Shown: positions 40,332 through 50,303, numbered from the stretch's first letter. The stretch: 51,430 nt of DNA from Gemmatimonadota bacterium (GCA_031372565.1 JANMLN010000018.1:1-51430), one strand, 5' to 3'. Notes: generated from the sequence alone by a model not told the origin. A program made the numbers and translations.

Positions 40332-41693
40332 CTATCCCGCTACCCGCACGATCGCCTCGTAGATCAGCCGCGTCCCGAACGCGAGACTCGCCAGCGGCAC
40401 GCGCTCATCGTTCCCGTGCATGCGATCTTCGTCGTCCTGCGTCATCGGGAAGGGCAGCACGCCAAAGGCCTGCATCCCCAACTGCCGCAGCCGTGCGCTG
40501 TCGGTCGCGCCCGTACTCAGGTACGGCACCACCACCATGTCCGGGTCGAGCAACGCGGCGGCCTCGCGCAGCGCCTCGAACATCGGCGAGCGGAAGTCCG
40601 ACACCGGCGCGTCCTCGCCGTGCTCCGTGATCGAGAAGGTGACGAGCGGATCGCCCACGGCTGCTTCGAGCCGCGCCACGACATCGACCACCGACTGCTC
40701 CGGCAACGTGCGGATGTTGAGCGTCGCGATGGCGTCCGTCGGGATCACGTTGGAGCGGATGCCGCCGCCCAACAGCACCGGTGAGACCCCCGCGCGCAGC
40801 ACCGCATTGAACACCGGGGTGCGCGACAGCACCGCATCGCCCCGCACCGCGCGCGCCACGTCGCCCGATGCCAGCTCCGCCATCGCGCCCGCCACCTCCG
40901 GCTCGGGCCACACCGCCGCCAGCGCACCGAAGAACTGCTGCGTGGTCGGCGTGAGCGTCAACGGCTCGCGGTGCGCACCGATCACCGCGAGTGCGCGCCC
41001 CAGACGCGTGATCGCGTTCCCCTCAAGCGGAATCGCGGCGTGGCCACCCGGGCCGCGAGCGGTGACCGTCACCACGTGCGGCACCTTCTCCGTGTTCTGC
41101 ACCGCGACGTACAGCGGCTTCCCCGCGACGATGCGCGTGCGACCACCCTCGTTGAGCGCGACCTCGGCCTCGAGCAGCTCGGGGTGCTGGGCGAGTAGCC
41201 ATCCCATCCCCCACTCACCGCCAGCCTCTTCGTCGGCGTTGGCCACGAAGATCACGTCGCGCGAGAGCGTCCCACCGGCACTGACCACATGGCGCTGCAG
41301 CAGCAGCATGGTCATCAGGTTCGCCGCCACCATTCCCTTGTCATCGATCGCACCGCGACCGATCAGGTAGCCATCCCGCACCGCGCCGCTGAACGGGTCC
41401 ACCGTCCAATGCTCGGCTTCGACCCCCACCACGTCGAGGTGCCCCATGATGATCACCGGCCGCGCCGAGCCATTCCCGCGCAGCCGCGCCACGATTGCAC
41501 CCCGTCCGGGCGTCGGCTCGAACAGCTGCGCGCTGATCCCCTCACGTCTAAAGCAGTCGGCGAGGTACTGCGCCGCGGCCAGTTCGTTGCCCGGCGGGTT
41601 GACCGTGTTGAGGCGGATGAGCGCCTGCAGGTGTGCGAGCGTCTCGGCCTCCACGGCGGGCCAATCAGGGGCGGTCACTTGGGCGGTTCGCAT
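40332..41693 (-). CDS. M20/M25/M40 family metallopeptidase
   Basis: GHLDVV, RGAIDDKG, DEEAGG, NEGG, GATD, HGNDER. Confidence 0.93.
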   Translation of the reverse strand: MRTAQVTAPDWPAVEAETLAHLQALIRLNTVNPPGNELAAAQYLADCFRREGISAQLFEPTPGRGAIVARLRGNGSARPVIIMGHLDVVGVEAEHWTVDPFSGAVRDGYLIGRGAIDDKGMVAANLMTMLLLQRHVVSAGGTLSRDVIFVANADEEAGGEWGMGWLLAQHPELLEAEVALNEGGRTRIVAGKPLYVAVQNTEKVPHVVTVTARGPGGHAAIPLEGNAITRLGRALAVIGAHREPLTLTPTTQQFFGALAAVWPEPEVAGAMAELASGDVARAVRGDAVLSRTPVFNAVLRAGVSPVLLGGGIRSNVIPTDAIATLNIRTLPEQSVVDVVARLEAAVGDPLVTFSITEHGEDAPVSDFRSPMFEALREAAALLDPDMVVVPYLSTGATDSARLRQLGMQAFGVLPFPMTQDDEDRMHGNDERVPLASLAFGTRLIYEAIVRVAG

Positions 41694-41702
41694 CCGCCCA
41701 AT

Positions 41703-41801
41703 ATGTCGTCCTGAGCGCAGCGCCGAAGGCGCGAAGTCGAAGGACCTGCTTCATGTCGTCCTGAGCGCAGCGCCGAAGGCGCGAAGTCGAAGGACCTGCT
41801 T
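41703..41801 (+). repeat. Two tandem copies (period 50 nt) of an extended REP-like variant
   Basis: ATGTCGTCCTGAGCGCAGCGCCGAAGGCGCGAAGTCGAAGGACCTGCTT twice. Confidence 0.95.
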
Positions 41802-41864
41802 TTCTCCCGCACCTCCCGATACTACCCCGAGAAGCGCTGCCCACCTCTCCACGCCCCACCGCCC

Positions 41865-42647
41865 ATGCCCGCCGCGCCCGCCTCAGTCCCGCCGCGCCCC
41901 TCGGGCGCCATCGCGTCCCCTCCCCCGCTCACGAACGCTCAAGGCAGCCCGGCGGCGACCACCAGCCCGTCCGATCTCGCGACCGAGCCGACCCTGGTCG
42001 TCGTGGCGTCGCTGTCGCTTGAGATCTATGCGGCCCCGCTGGAAGTCGCGCGGCGGGTGGAGCAGTTCCTGCTCGCCAACCACTACCTCTCGGCCGGCCT
42101 CATCGCCGACACCTTTCTCCGCGGCGTGCCGGGGGTCAGCCGCCCGTACTGGGCGCCCGTCGACGATTACAGCGAAGTGAAAGCCATCATCAAGTCGACG
42201 CTGAAGGGGGCGAAGCTCGACGTGACGTGGTGGGTTGAAGGGGTTCCAGGTGCGGTCACCGCCGCGCCCCTGCCTGGCCGCGCGGTCTACTTCGGGGCGG
42301 AGAAGAGCGCGCTCGTGGCCGCAGCCGAGGGCCGGGCGCACGCCAGCCCCGAGGAGCTGACGCTGCGCGCGCGCCGAGCCGTCTACACGCCCACTGGTGC
42401 CAGGCGGTGGAGGTTGACGGGGCTGGCCAGCGCGCTGATCGGGATGTCGCTGTTCTTCATCACGGAGATGGTGCCTGGACTCGGGGGCGACATCACCGGC
42501 ATCTCACTCTGGGTCGGCGGTTGGGTGGCCGCCGCGTGGTGCCTCTGGCGCGCTCGGCAGACACCGAGTGACCTGGTCGCGCTCGAGCGCGAGATCGCCG
42601 CACTCTCCGGTCATCGACCGTCCGCCGCGATCTCCCCGTCGTCCTGA
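41865..42647 (+). CDS. Hypothetical membrane protein (two C-terminal TM helices)
   Basis: Ordered central domain, then LTGLASALIGMSLFFI and ISLWVGGWVAAAWCLW. Stop codon lies inside a repeat copy; start uncertain. Confidence 0.7.
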   Translation: MPAAPASVPPRPSGAIASPPPLTNAQGSPAATTSPSDLATEPTLVVVASLSLEIYAAPLEVARRVEQFLLANHYLSAGLIADTFLRGVPGVSRPYWAPVDDYSEVKAIIKSTLKGAKLDVTWWVEGVPGAVTAAPLPGRAVYFGAEKSALVAAAEGRAHASPEELTLRARRAVYTPTGARRWRLTGLASALIGMSLFFITEMVPGLGGDITGISLWVGGWVAAAWCLWRARQTPSDLVALEREIAALSGHRPSAAISPSS

Positions 42648-42705
42648 GCGCAGCGAAGGACCTGCTTCTCCGTCGTCCTGAGCGCAGCGAAGGACCTGCT
42701 TCTCC
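42638..42705 (+). repeat. Two tandem REP-like copies (period 34 nt)
   Basis: GTCGTCCTGAGCGCAGCGAAGGACCTGCTTCTCC at 42638 and 42672. Confidence 0.95.
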
Positions 42706-42751
42706 CGTCCCTCCTCCCCCCGCTCACGCCATCCTCACCCGCTCCACACCA

Positions 42752-44122
42752 TCACCGGATCCGCTCGTCCAGATACGCGCTCACCGCACTCGCCGCGATC
42801 CGATCCTGCGCCAGCGTATCGCGATGCCGCACGGTGACCGTGCCATCTCCCACCGACTGATGGTCCACCGTCACACAGAACGGCGTCCCGATCTCGTCGT
42901 GTCGGCGATACCGCTTGCCGATGCTGCCTGACTCGTCGTAGTCCACCGTGAACCGCGCACGCAGCTCATCCCGCAGCTTCGTCGCAAACTCGGGCTGGCC
43001 ATCCTTCTTGGTGAGCGCGAACACCGCCGCCTTGATCGGTGCGATCGTCGGGTGAAAGCCGAGGACCACGCGCCCTTCGTCCTCGCCCGGAACCGCCTCC
43101 TCGCGGTACGCATCCACGAGCGCCGCGAGTGTCACGCGATCCGCCCCCACGCTCGTCTCGATCACGTACGGCAGGTAGCGCCGATTGGCCACCTGATCCA
43201 CGTACTCGAGCCGCTTCCCCGACGCCGCCTGATGCGCGCCGAGATCGAAATCGGAGCGATGGTGAACCCCTTCGATCTCCTGGAATCCGAGCGTTCCGCC
43301 AAAGTCGAACTGGATGTCGAACGCCGCGCGCGCATAATGCGCGAGCTCCTGCGGCGTGTGCTGGTGGAAGTGGAGCCGGCTCTCGGTGAGGCCCAGCGCG
43401 CGATGCCACGCCATGCGCTGGTGCTTCCAGAACTCGAACCACTCCATGTCCGTCATCTGCCCCGCCGGCGCCTGCGGGTCGACGAAGAACTGCATCTCCA
43501 TCTGCTCGAACTCGCGCGTCCGGAAGGTGAAGTTCCCGGGGGTGATCTCGTTGCGGAACGCCTTGCCGATCTGCGCGATGCCGAACGGCACCTTCTGGCG
43601 GCTCGCCTGCTGCACGTTCAGGAAGTTCACGAAGATCCCCTGCGCCGTCTCTGGACGCAGATACACCACGGCGGCCGAGTCTTCGACCGGCCCCATGAAC
43701 GTCTTGAACATGAGGTTGAACAGCCGCGGCTCGGTCAGCTGGCAGTCGGCATGCTCGCCGGGCTTCTTGCTCGGCTTCCGCGGGCACTGGCCATCCTCGA
43801 GCTTGTCGGCGCGGAAGCGCGCCTTGCACGCCTTGCAGTCCACGAGCGGATCGGTGAAGCCGGCCACGTGACCGCTCGCCTCCCACACCTTCGGGTGCAT
43901 GAGGATGGCGGCGTCGAGTCCCTCGATGTCATCGCGCTGGCGCACCATCGCATTCCACCAGCGATCCTTGATGTTCTTCTTGAGCTCGACACCCAGCGGA
44001 CCGTAATCCCACACCGAACCGGTGCCGCCGTAGATCTCGGAACTCTGGAAGATGAAGCCGCGCCGCTTGGCGAGCGACACGAGCTTTTCCATCACGTCGG
44101 GGTGGTTCGTTGCGGGTGCCAT
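42752..44122 (-). CDS. glyQS: Glycine--tRNA ligase, homodimeric type
   Basis: [59 protein letters not shown]. Confidence 0.97.
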   Translation of the reverse strand: MAPATNHPDVMEKLVSLAKRRGFIFQSSEIYGGTGSVWDYGPLGVELKKNIKDRWWNAMVRQRDDIEGLDAAILMHPKVWEASGHVAGFTDPLVDCKACKARFRADKLEDGQCPRKPSKKPGEHADCQLTEPRLFNLMFKTFMGPVEDSAAVVYLRPETAQGIFVNFLNVQQASRQKVPFGIAQIGKAFRNEITPGNFTFRTREFEQMEMQFFVDPQAPAGQMTDMEWFEFWKHQRMAWHRALGLTESRLHFHQHTPQELAHYARAAFDIQFDFGGTLGFQEIEGVHHRSDFDLGAHQAASGKRLEYVDQVANRRYLPYVIETSVGADRVTLAALVDAYREEAVPGEDEGRVVLGFHPTIAPIKAAVFALTKKDGQPEFATKLRDELRARFTVDYDESGSIGKRYRRHDEIGTPFCVTVDHQSVGDGTVTVRHRDTLAQDRIAASAVSAYLDERIR

Positions 44123-44266
44123 GAGACAATCCGGGGGCGCACGCCGCTGGGTGCGGTGTGCCGGGGAGCTGCAGAATGAAGCGTGAACCGGAAAGATGGC
44201 GACGTGCCCGCCTCGCGCTCAAGGAGCCGCGGTCGTGACGGCAGGCCGCCAGTCGAGCCGCGCCGC

Positions 44267-45268
44267 CTACCCTCGGGCGATCGGCGCGCCCGAACGGGCC
44301 GCAACATCGGCCGCGATCAACTCCCCGTGGTCGCGCCCGTTCTCGATGAAAATCCGGTTCGCGTCGTTGCCGCTCACCAACACCCCGGCCACATACACCC
44401 CCGGCACGTTCGTCTCCATCGTCGCCGGATCGTGCTCGGGCACATTCGTGGCGGCGTCGAAGCGCACGCCCAGCGGACCCGTCAGCTCGGAGCTCGGGCT
44501 GAAGCCGGTCATCAGGTAGACATGATCGCCTCGCACTGCCGTGGCGCCGGTCGGCCCCAGCACGTCCACCCACCCTGTCCGGATTGCGGTGACACGCGTG
44601 TCCCACAGCATGGTGATCGTGCCCTCCTTCACGCGCCCCTCGAATTCGGGGCGAACCCACGGCTTGATGTTGCGGTCGAAGGTCGGCCCGAGATGCGCGA
44701 CCGTCACACGGGCGCCCGCGCGCACCAGGTCGAGCGCCGTCTCCACCGCAGAGTTGCCGCCTCCCACGATGAACGCGTCACGCTGGAACGCGTCGTGTCC
44801 CTCGCGGAAGTAGTGCGTCACGTGCGGAAGTTCCTCGCCGGGCACACCGAGCCGGCGCGGCGTCGCGAAGTAACCGGTCGCAATCACCACAGCGCGCGCA
44901 TGCGTCACATGCACCCCTTCCGCCGTGCGCGAGTGCAGCACGAACGGGCCGTCCATGCGCTCCACGCGCTCCACCTTCTCGTACTGCCGCACACGCAGCT
45001 GCGCATGCGTTACGACGCCACGATAGTACGCCAGCGCATCGCGTCGCGTCGGCTTGTCCGCGGCAACCGTGAAGGGAATACCGCCGACGCTGATCTTCGC
45101 GGCGGTGGAGAAGAAGGTGACGTACGTCGGATAGGCCGCAATCGAGTTCACCACGCTCCCCTGCTCGAACAGCTCGGCCCGCAGCCCGCGGACCCGCGCG
45201 GCCACCCCCACCGCCAGACCGCACGGCCCCGCGCCGATGATGGCGAGGTCGAGCGCATCGCCTACCAC
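44267..45268 (-). CDS. ypdA: YpdA family putative bacillithiol disulfide reductase
   Basis: IGAGPCG, YP..TFFST, PTRRDALAYY, ATGY, GGGNSA, FIENGRDHG. Confidence 0.88.
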   Translation of the reverse strand: MVGDALDLAIIGAGPCGLAVGVAARVRGLRAELFEQGSVVNSIAAYPTYVTFFSTAAKISVGGIPFTVAADKPTRRDALAYYRGVVTHAQLRVRQYEKVERVERMDGPFVLHSRTAEGVHVTHARAVVIATGYFATPRRLGVPGEELPHVTHYFREGHDAFQRDAFIVGGGNSAVETALDLVRAGARVTVAHLGPTFDRNIKPWVRPEFEGRVKEGTITMLWDTRVTAIRTGWVDVLGPTGATAVRGDHVYLMTGFSPSSELTGPLGVRFDAATNVPEHDPATMETNVPGVYVAGVLVSGNDANRIFIENGRDHGELIAADVAARSGAPIARG

Positions 45269-45296
45269 GTGCGCATCATCCTGCAGCCGACGCGAC

Positions 45297-46598
45297 TCAC
45301 CGCGTCGCGGTCGGCGCCGCCAATCCGATGATCTGGTCGCGCCGCGTGCCGACGCTCACGAACCGGATCGGCGCCTCGACCAGCGCCTCGATCCGATCGA
45401 GATACACGCGCGCCGCCTTGGGGAGGGCGTCCATGGAGCGCGCATCCGCTGTCGACTGCTTCCAGCCGTCGAACCACTCGTAGCGCGGCGTGATCCGGTC
45501 GAGCGCGGTGATGTCACCGGGAAACTCGTCCATCACCTCGCCGTCCACTTCGTAGCCCGTGCAGATCGCCAACCGGTCGAGCGTGTCGAGCACGTCGAGC
45601 TTGGTGACGGCGAGTCCGGTGAGGCCGTTCACGCGCACGGCATACTTGACCACGAGTGCATCGAACCAGCCGCAACGGCGCGGGCGTCCCGTGGTGGCGC
45701 CGAACTCGTTGCCAAGCCGCCGCACCTCCTCGTGCAGCGGGCTCTCGAGCTCGGTGGGGAGCGGCCCGTTGCCCACGCGCGTCGTGTACGCCTTCACCAC
45801 GCCAAGCGCAGCGTCGAGCGCCGTTGGTGGCAGGCCGGTGCCGATCACGGCGCCGCCGCTCGTCGTGCTGCTCGAGGTCACGAACGGATAGGTGCCGTGA
45901 TCCACGTCGAGCAGCGACCCCTGCGCACCCTCCAGCAGGATGGCCGCACCCGTCTTCCGTGCGCGATGGAGCGAGAGCCCCACATCGTCCGCCAGCGCGA
46001 GCAGCCGCGGCGCCAGCCGCTCGAGCAACGCCATCGTTGCCTCGACGTCGGCCCGCTTCTCGCTCCCCATCGCGAGCAGCTTGGCGTTCGCGTTGGCCGC
46101 GCCCGCGCTCACCAGCTGCCGCAACCGGTCGGTGTGGCGGAGGTCGAGCACGCGCACGCCGCGCCGCCCCACCTTGTCTTCGTACGCCGGACCGATGCCG
46201 CGCCCCGTCGTGCCGATCGCCTTGGACGCCTCGCTCTCCCCGTCGACCAGCTTGTGGTAGGGCAACACGAGGTGCGCACGGTCGCTCACATACAGGCGCC
46301 CCTCGACATCGATGCCGTCCTGCACCAGCTCGTCGATTTCCGTGAACAGCGTGTCAGGGTCGAGCACCACGCCGTTGCCGATGGCGCAGCGCACACCGGC
46401 ATTCAGGATCCCGCTCGGGATCTGGTGCAACACGAACGAGCGCTCACCGATGTGCACGGTGTGTCCCGCGTTCGCCCCGCCCTGATAGCGCACCACCCAA
46501 TCGGCGCCCTCGGCGAGTACGTCCACGAGCTTCCCCTTGCCTTCGTCGCCCCACTGGGCGCCAACGACAACAAGGGTGCGGGTCTGGCTATCGAACAT
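45297..46598 (-). CDS. purA: Adenylosuccinate synthetase
   Basis: QWGDEGKGK, GGANAGHT, GTTGRGIGP, EGAQG, GATTGRPRRCGW. Confidence 0.98.
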   Translation of the reverse strand: MFDSQTRTLVVVGAQWGDEGKGKLVDVLAEGADWVVRYQGGANAGHTVHIGERSFVLHQIPSGILNAGVRCAIGNGVVLDPDTLFTEIDELVQDGIDVEGRLYVSDRAHLVLPYHKLVDGESEASKAIGTTGRGIGPAYEDKVGRRGVRVLDLRHTDRLRQLVSAGAANANAKLLAMGSEKRADVEATMALLERLAPRLLALADDVGLSLHRARKTGAAILLEGAQGSLLDVDHGTYPFVTSSSTTSGGAVIGTGLPPTALDAALGVVKAYTTRVGNGPLPTELESPLHEEVRRLGNEFGATTGRPRRCGWFDALVVKYAVRVNGLTGLAVTKLDVLDTLDRLAICTGYEVDGEVMDEFPGDITALDRITPRYEWFDGWKQSTADARSMDALPKAARVYLDRIEALVEAPIRFVSVGTRRDQIIGLAAPTATR

Positions 46599-46647
46599 GA
46601 GCGGCGCTCAGGCGTTGGAGAGCGAAGCGGTCCCGGAATCCGGGCAT

Positions 46648-46680
46648 GAAAAACGCCCGGGGGGCGTTGCCCCGGGCGTT
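46648..46680 (-). terminator. Terminator-like hairpin with U5 tract in the purA leader
   Basis: Minus strand AACGCCCGGGG-caacgcc-CCCCGGGCGTT-TTT. Confidence 0.65.
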
Positions 46681-46685
46681 GATAA

Positions 46686-46714
46686 AGTCTACCCGCTGCA
46701 TGGCATCGGGTCAA
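46686..46714 (-). promoter_or_regulatory. Sigma70 promoter for purA
   Basis: Minus strand TTGACC (46714-46709), 17 nt, TAGACT (46691-46686). Confidence 0.7.
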
Positions 46715-46722
46715 ATCCGGGC

Positions 46723-47214
46723 TCAGGCCAGCGCGGCCACCATCAACGCCGCCGCGATCACGCACCCCAGAATCACCTTGGCCCCGGCCGCGACCGCGCG
46801 GCCCACCACTGCGCCCCAAGCCGCCCGCGCGGCCCGGGCGCGGTCGCCGTGCACCGTGGCCTCGAGCACCAGCGCCCCCACGAACGCCCCGGCGAACGCC
46901 CCGATGATCGAGCCGACCACGGGGACCGGCACCCCCAGAAAGGCCCCCACGAGCCCGCCGACGATCGCACCCCACGCCGCCCGCTTCGAGCCGCCGTACT
47001 GCTTGGCGTACCTGGACATGAGCACGAAATCGAGCACCTCGCCGACGATCGCGAGCAGCCCGACCACGGCAAGCACCCCCCAGCCGAGGCCGCCGAGCGG
47101 GAGGACGAACTTGTAGACGACGCCCGCCACGAGCATCAGCCAGGTGCCGGGAAGCCCGACGGGGATGAGCAGCAGGGCGCCAAGCAGTGCGGCGGCGAGC
47201 AGGATGGGGGCCAT
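46723..47214 (-). CDS. DUF456 family membrane protein
   Basis: GLPGTWL, KQYGGSKRAAWGAIVGG..G..IGAFAGA. Start ATG 47214. Confidence 0.85.
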   Translation of the reverse strand: MAPILLAAALLGALLLIPVGLPGTWLMLVAGVVYKFVLPLGGLGWGVLAVVGLLAIVGEVLDFVLMSRYAKQYGGSKRAAWGAIVGGLVGAFLGVPVPVVGSIIGAFAGAFVGALVLEATVHGDRARAARAAWGAVVGRAVAAGAKVILGCVIAAALMVAALA

Positions 47215-47304
47215 GGTGGACACTACGGCGCGCGAGCGCTCACGGTTTCCAGTCGCGAGGTACGCGGGGTGGCCGGGGGCGCGCGCGACACGGATACTTC
47301 CCCC

Positions 47305-49971
47305 ATGCGACCGCTTCCCCTGCGCCATGCGCTCTACACCGCGATCCTCGGCGCGACGCTCCACGCGTCCCCGGTTCACGCACAGCGGGACGCGTCGACG
47401 CTCGCCGGCCCCGGCGTCTCGCTCCCCCTCGCGCGCCTGCGCGCCGCCACCGTGCACGACGTCCGCTACGACCTCGCCCTCGACCTCACCGCGCGCGACT
47501 CGGCCGTCGGCTCCGTCACCGTCCGCTGGCGCCGCACCGGGACCGGCAGCGCGCTCCTCGACTTCCGCGGCCGACGCCTGACCGCACTGTCCATCAATGG
47601 CCGCGAAGCGCCGCCCGCGTGGGCCAACGGCGCGCATATCACCATCCCATCCACCGCGCTCCAACCCGGCGAGAACAGCGCGACGGCTCGCTTCGTCACC
47701 GACATCGCGCCGAGCGGCGCCTCGATCATCCGCTCACACGACGCAGACGGCAGCGACTACCTCTACACCCTGCTCGTCCCCGCCGACGCGAACCAGCTCT
47801 TCCCCTGCTTTGACCAGCCGGACCTGAAGGCGCGTGTCACCACGACGCTCACCACGCCGCGGCTCTGGCGCGCGATCGCAAACGGCAGCGAACGCTCGGC
47901 CGACACGACCGACGCCGCCGTCACGCATCGCTTCACCCAGACCCCGCCGCTCTCCACGTATCTCATTGCCTTCGCTGCCGGACCGTGGACGCGCTTCGCC
48001 AGCACGGTGAACGGCCGCACGCTCGCGCTCTACGTCCGCAGCTCGCGCAAGGCCGAAGTCGATGCCGACACGCTGCTCGCCTTCTCGCACCGCGCGCTCG
48101 CATGGATGGAGCAGTACTTCGATCGCCCGTACCCTTTCGAGAAGTTCGACCTCGTGCTCAGCCCCGCCTTCCCCTTCGGCGGCATGGAGCATCCGGGCGT
48201 CGTCATGTACAACGAGAACGGCTTCATCTTCCGTGAACGGCCCACGCTCGCGCGACGGGTTGGCCGCCAAGCCACGATTCTCCACGAGACCGCGCACCAA
48301 TGGTTCGGCGATTTCGTCACCATGCGCTGGTTCGACGACCTCTGGCTGAAAGAAGGGTTCGCCACCTACATGGCCGCCAAGGCGCAGGTGACGCTCGACT
48401 CCACCAGCGGCGCGTGGAAGACCTTCTACCAGCAGAACAAGCCGACCGCCTACGGCGTGGACCAGACGCGCGGCACGACCCCACTCTGGCAGGAGCTGGG
48501 CAATCTCGATCAGGCCAAGAGCAACTACGGCCCGATCGTGTACAACAAGGCGCCGAGCGTGCTCAAGCAGCTCAACTTCCTCGTGGGCGATGACGCCTTC
48601 CAGCGAGGCGTGCGCGCCTTCCTGCGCGAACACGCCTACGCGAACGCCACGTGGCAGCAGCTGTTGGGGTCGATCGGCGCCGCGTCGGAGCCACGCGCGC
48701 CGCGCGACCGCGAGGGACTCACCCCGACCATGCGTGCCTTCGGCAACAACTTCATGCTGCGCCGCGGCATGCCCGCCGTCGAACCATCGCTCTCGATCGC
48801 CAGCGGCCGCATCACGCAGCTCTCGCTCACGCAGCGCCCCGTGCGCGACCTGTCCGGCCCCGCTCCCTGGCCGATGCGCGCGCAGCTGCTGCTCTGGTAC
48901 GGCCCCGACAGCAGCGTGCAGTTCCCGGTGACGTTCACCGGGCACACCGTGACGGTGACCGCGGCGCGTGGCCTCGCGGCGCCACGATTCATCTTTGCCA
49001 ACGCCGACGACTACGGGTACTTCCTCACCTACCTCGACACGGCCAGTACCAACACGCTCGAAGCGGGGGCCCTCCACGATGTGCGCTCCCCCTTCCTGCG
49101 CAGCATGCTCTGGGGCGCGCTCTGGGACCAGGTGCGCGATGCACGCCTCGATCCGGCGCGCTTCGCCCGCCTCGTTCTGCGTGAGGCCACCAGCGAACGC
49201 GACGAGCAACTCCTGCCACAGCTCCTCGGCCGCCTCGTGCGCACCATCAACGCGTATGCCGCCGACTCCACGCGCGATGCGCTGCGTGCCGACGCCGAAC
49301 GTGCGCTGTGGGCGCTGGCTGGCGACCGCAGCAAGTCGTTCGGCCTGCGGCGTGCCGGCGCCGACGCGCTCATCGCGGTCGCCGCGACGGCGAGCGGCAT
49401 CGCCACGCTCGAGCAACTGCTCACCGCCGACTCCCTCGCCGGCGAACCGCTGCGCGATCCGACGCGCTGGGACGTCGTCAACCGACTCCTCGTGCTCGGC
49501 GCCCCATCAGCCGATCGCGCGCTCGTCGCGCAATCGGCGCGCGATACCACCCCCGACGGACGGCGCCGCGCCTTCATTGCGGGTGCCGCGCGCCCAGACT
49601 CCGCCACCAAGCGCGCCTACTTCACCCGCTACTTCGCCGATCTGGCCCTCAACGAGGACTGGGCCTCCGGTTCGCTCGGCGCGTTCAACGCGCCAGAACA
49701 TGCCGCCCGTACACTGCCCTTTCTGCGTCCGGCACTCGACTCGCTCCGCTACATCCAGGCCAACCGCCGCATCTTCTTCCTCGGCAGCTGGCTCGGCGCT
49801 TTCGTGGGCGGTCAACAGTCCAGCGCCGCACTCGACATCGTCAACCGGTTTCTCGCCGACAACCCGCAGTTGCCGCGCGACCTGACGCTCAAGGTGCTGC
49901 AGGTCGCCGACGATCTCGATCGCACCGTGCGCATCCGCGCCCGGTACGCGACAGGTGCCTTGGCCCCCTGA
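47305..49971 (+). CDS. pepN: Secreted M1 family aminopeptidase N
   Basis: FPCFDQPDLKA, GGMEH, HETAHQWFG..WLKEGFA, YNKA; signal peptide VHA-Q. Start ATG 47305. Confidence 0.93.
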   Translation: MRPLPLRHALYTAILGATLHASPVHAQRDASTLAGPGVSLPLARLRAATVHDVRYDLALDLTARDSAVGSVTVRWRRTGTGSALLDFRGRRLTALSINGREAPPAWANGAHITIPSTALQPGENSATARFVTDIAPSGASIIRSHDADGSDYLYTLLVPADANQLFPCFDQPDLKARVTTTLTTPRLWRAIANGSERSADTTDAAVTHRFTQTPPLSTYLIAFAAGPWTRFASTVNGRTLALYVRSSRKAEVDADTLLAFSHRALAWMEQYFDRPYPFEKFDLVLSPAFPFGGMEHPGVVMYNENGFIFRERPTLARRVGRQATILHETAHQWFGDFVTMRWFDDLWLKEGFATYMAAKAQVTLDSTSGAWKTFYQQNKPTAYGVDQTRGTTPLWQELGNLDQAKSNYGPIVYNKAPSVLKQLNFLVGDDAFQRGVRAFLREHAYANATWQQLLGSIGAASEPRAPRDREGLTPTMRAFGNNFMLRRGMPAVEPSLSIASGRITQLSLTQRPVRDLSGPAPWPMRAQLLLWYGPDSSVQFPVTFTGHTVTVTAARGLAAPRFIFANADDYGYFLTYLDTASTNTLEAGALHDVRSPFLRSMLWGALWDQVRDARLDPARFARLVLREATSERDEQLLPQLLGRLVRTINAYAADSTRDALRADAERALWALAGDRSKSFGLRRAGADALIAVAATASGIATLEQLLTADSLAGEPLRDPTRWDVVNRLLVLGAPSADRALVAQSARDTTPDGRRRAFIAGAARPDSATKRAYFTRYFADLALNEDWASGSLGAFNAPEHAARTLPFLRPALDSLRYIQANRRIFFLGSWLGAFVGGQQSSAALDIVNRFLADNPQLPRDLTLKVLQVADDLDRTVRIRARYATGALAP

Positions 49972-50003
49972 GCGCACCCGGCTGGACTGGGCTATCTTGC
50001 AGC

Positions 50004-50291
50004 ATGTCGATGGCCTTCCTCCGCGATGATCCTCCCGATCTTCGCCCGCAGCTGAACCACCGTCTACCTCCGCGCGACGACCCGTCGTACGACGCGTCTG
50101 CGGCGCGCGCCCTGCTTGAAGGCGCTCGCGTGAGCGAGGTGATGGTTGCGGAGGATGAAACCGGCTATCGCTGGGGCGAAACGAAGCTCCGCCCGCACGT
50201 CGAGCGCATTCTCGCGGAGGCGCGCGCCGAGAAGGACGATCGGCTGGAGCAGGTGGCCGAGCGGTTTCTTCGTCAGCCCACGACCACGTAG
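50004..50291 (+). CDS. Small hypothetical helical protein (95 aa)
   Basis: Tail of the 49308..50291 ORF from ATG 50004 (MSMAFLRDD...), with TATCTT 5 nt upstream. Confidence 0.7.
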   Translation: MSMAFLRDDPPDLRPQLNHRLPPRDDPSYDASAARALLEGARVSEVMVAEDETGYRWGETKLRPHVERILAEARAEKDDRLEQVAERFLRQPTTT

Positions 50292-50303
50292 CGCGCTGGA
50301 CCT

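Noticed and set aside
41703..42705. Tandem repeats as a CRISPR array
   Set aside because: Only two copies per site, no unique spacers, dispersed on both strands, and no cas genes.
46589..46648. Short upstream ORF (MPGFRDRFALQRLSAAHVR) overlapping the purA start
   Set aside because: No ribosome-binding site or informative codon bias; likely chance.
46537..47304. N-terminal extensions in the ORF track (pepN, anmK, ggt, serine hydrolase, nagZ, Ubl, DUF456)
   Set aside because: They overlap other genes; downstream starts restore signal peptides, ATGA coupling or family N-termini.
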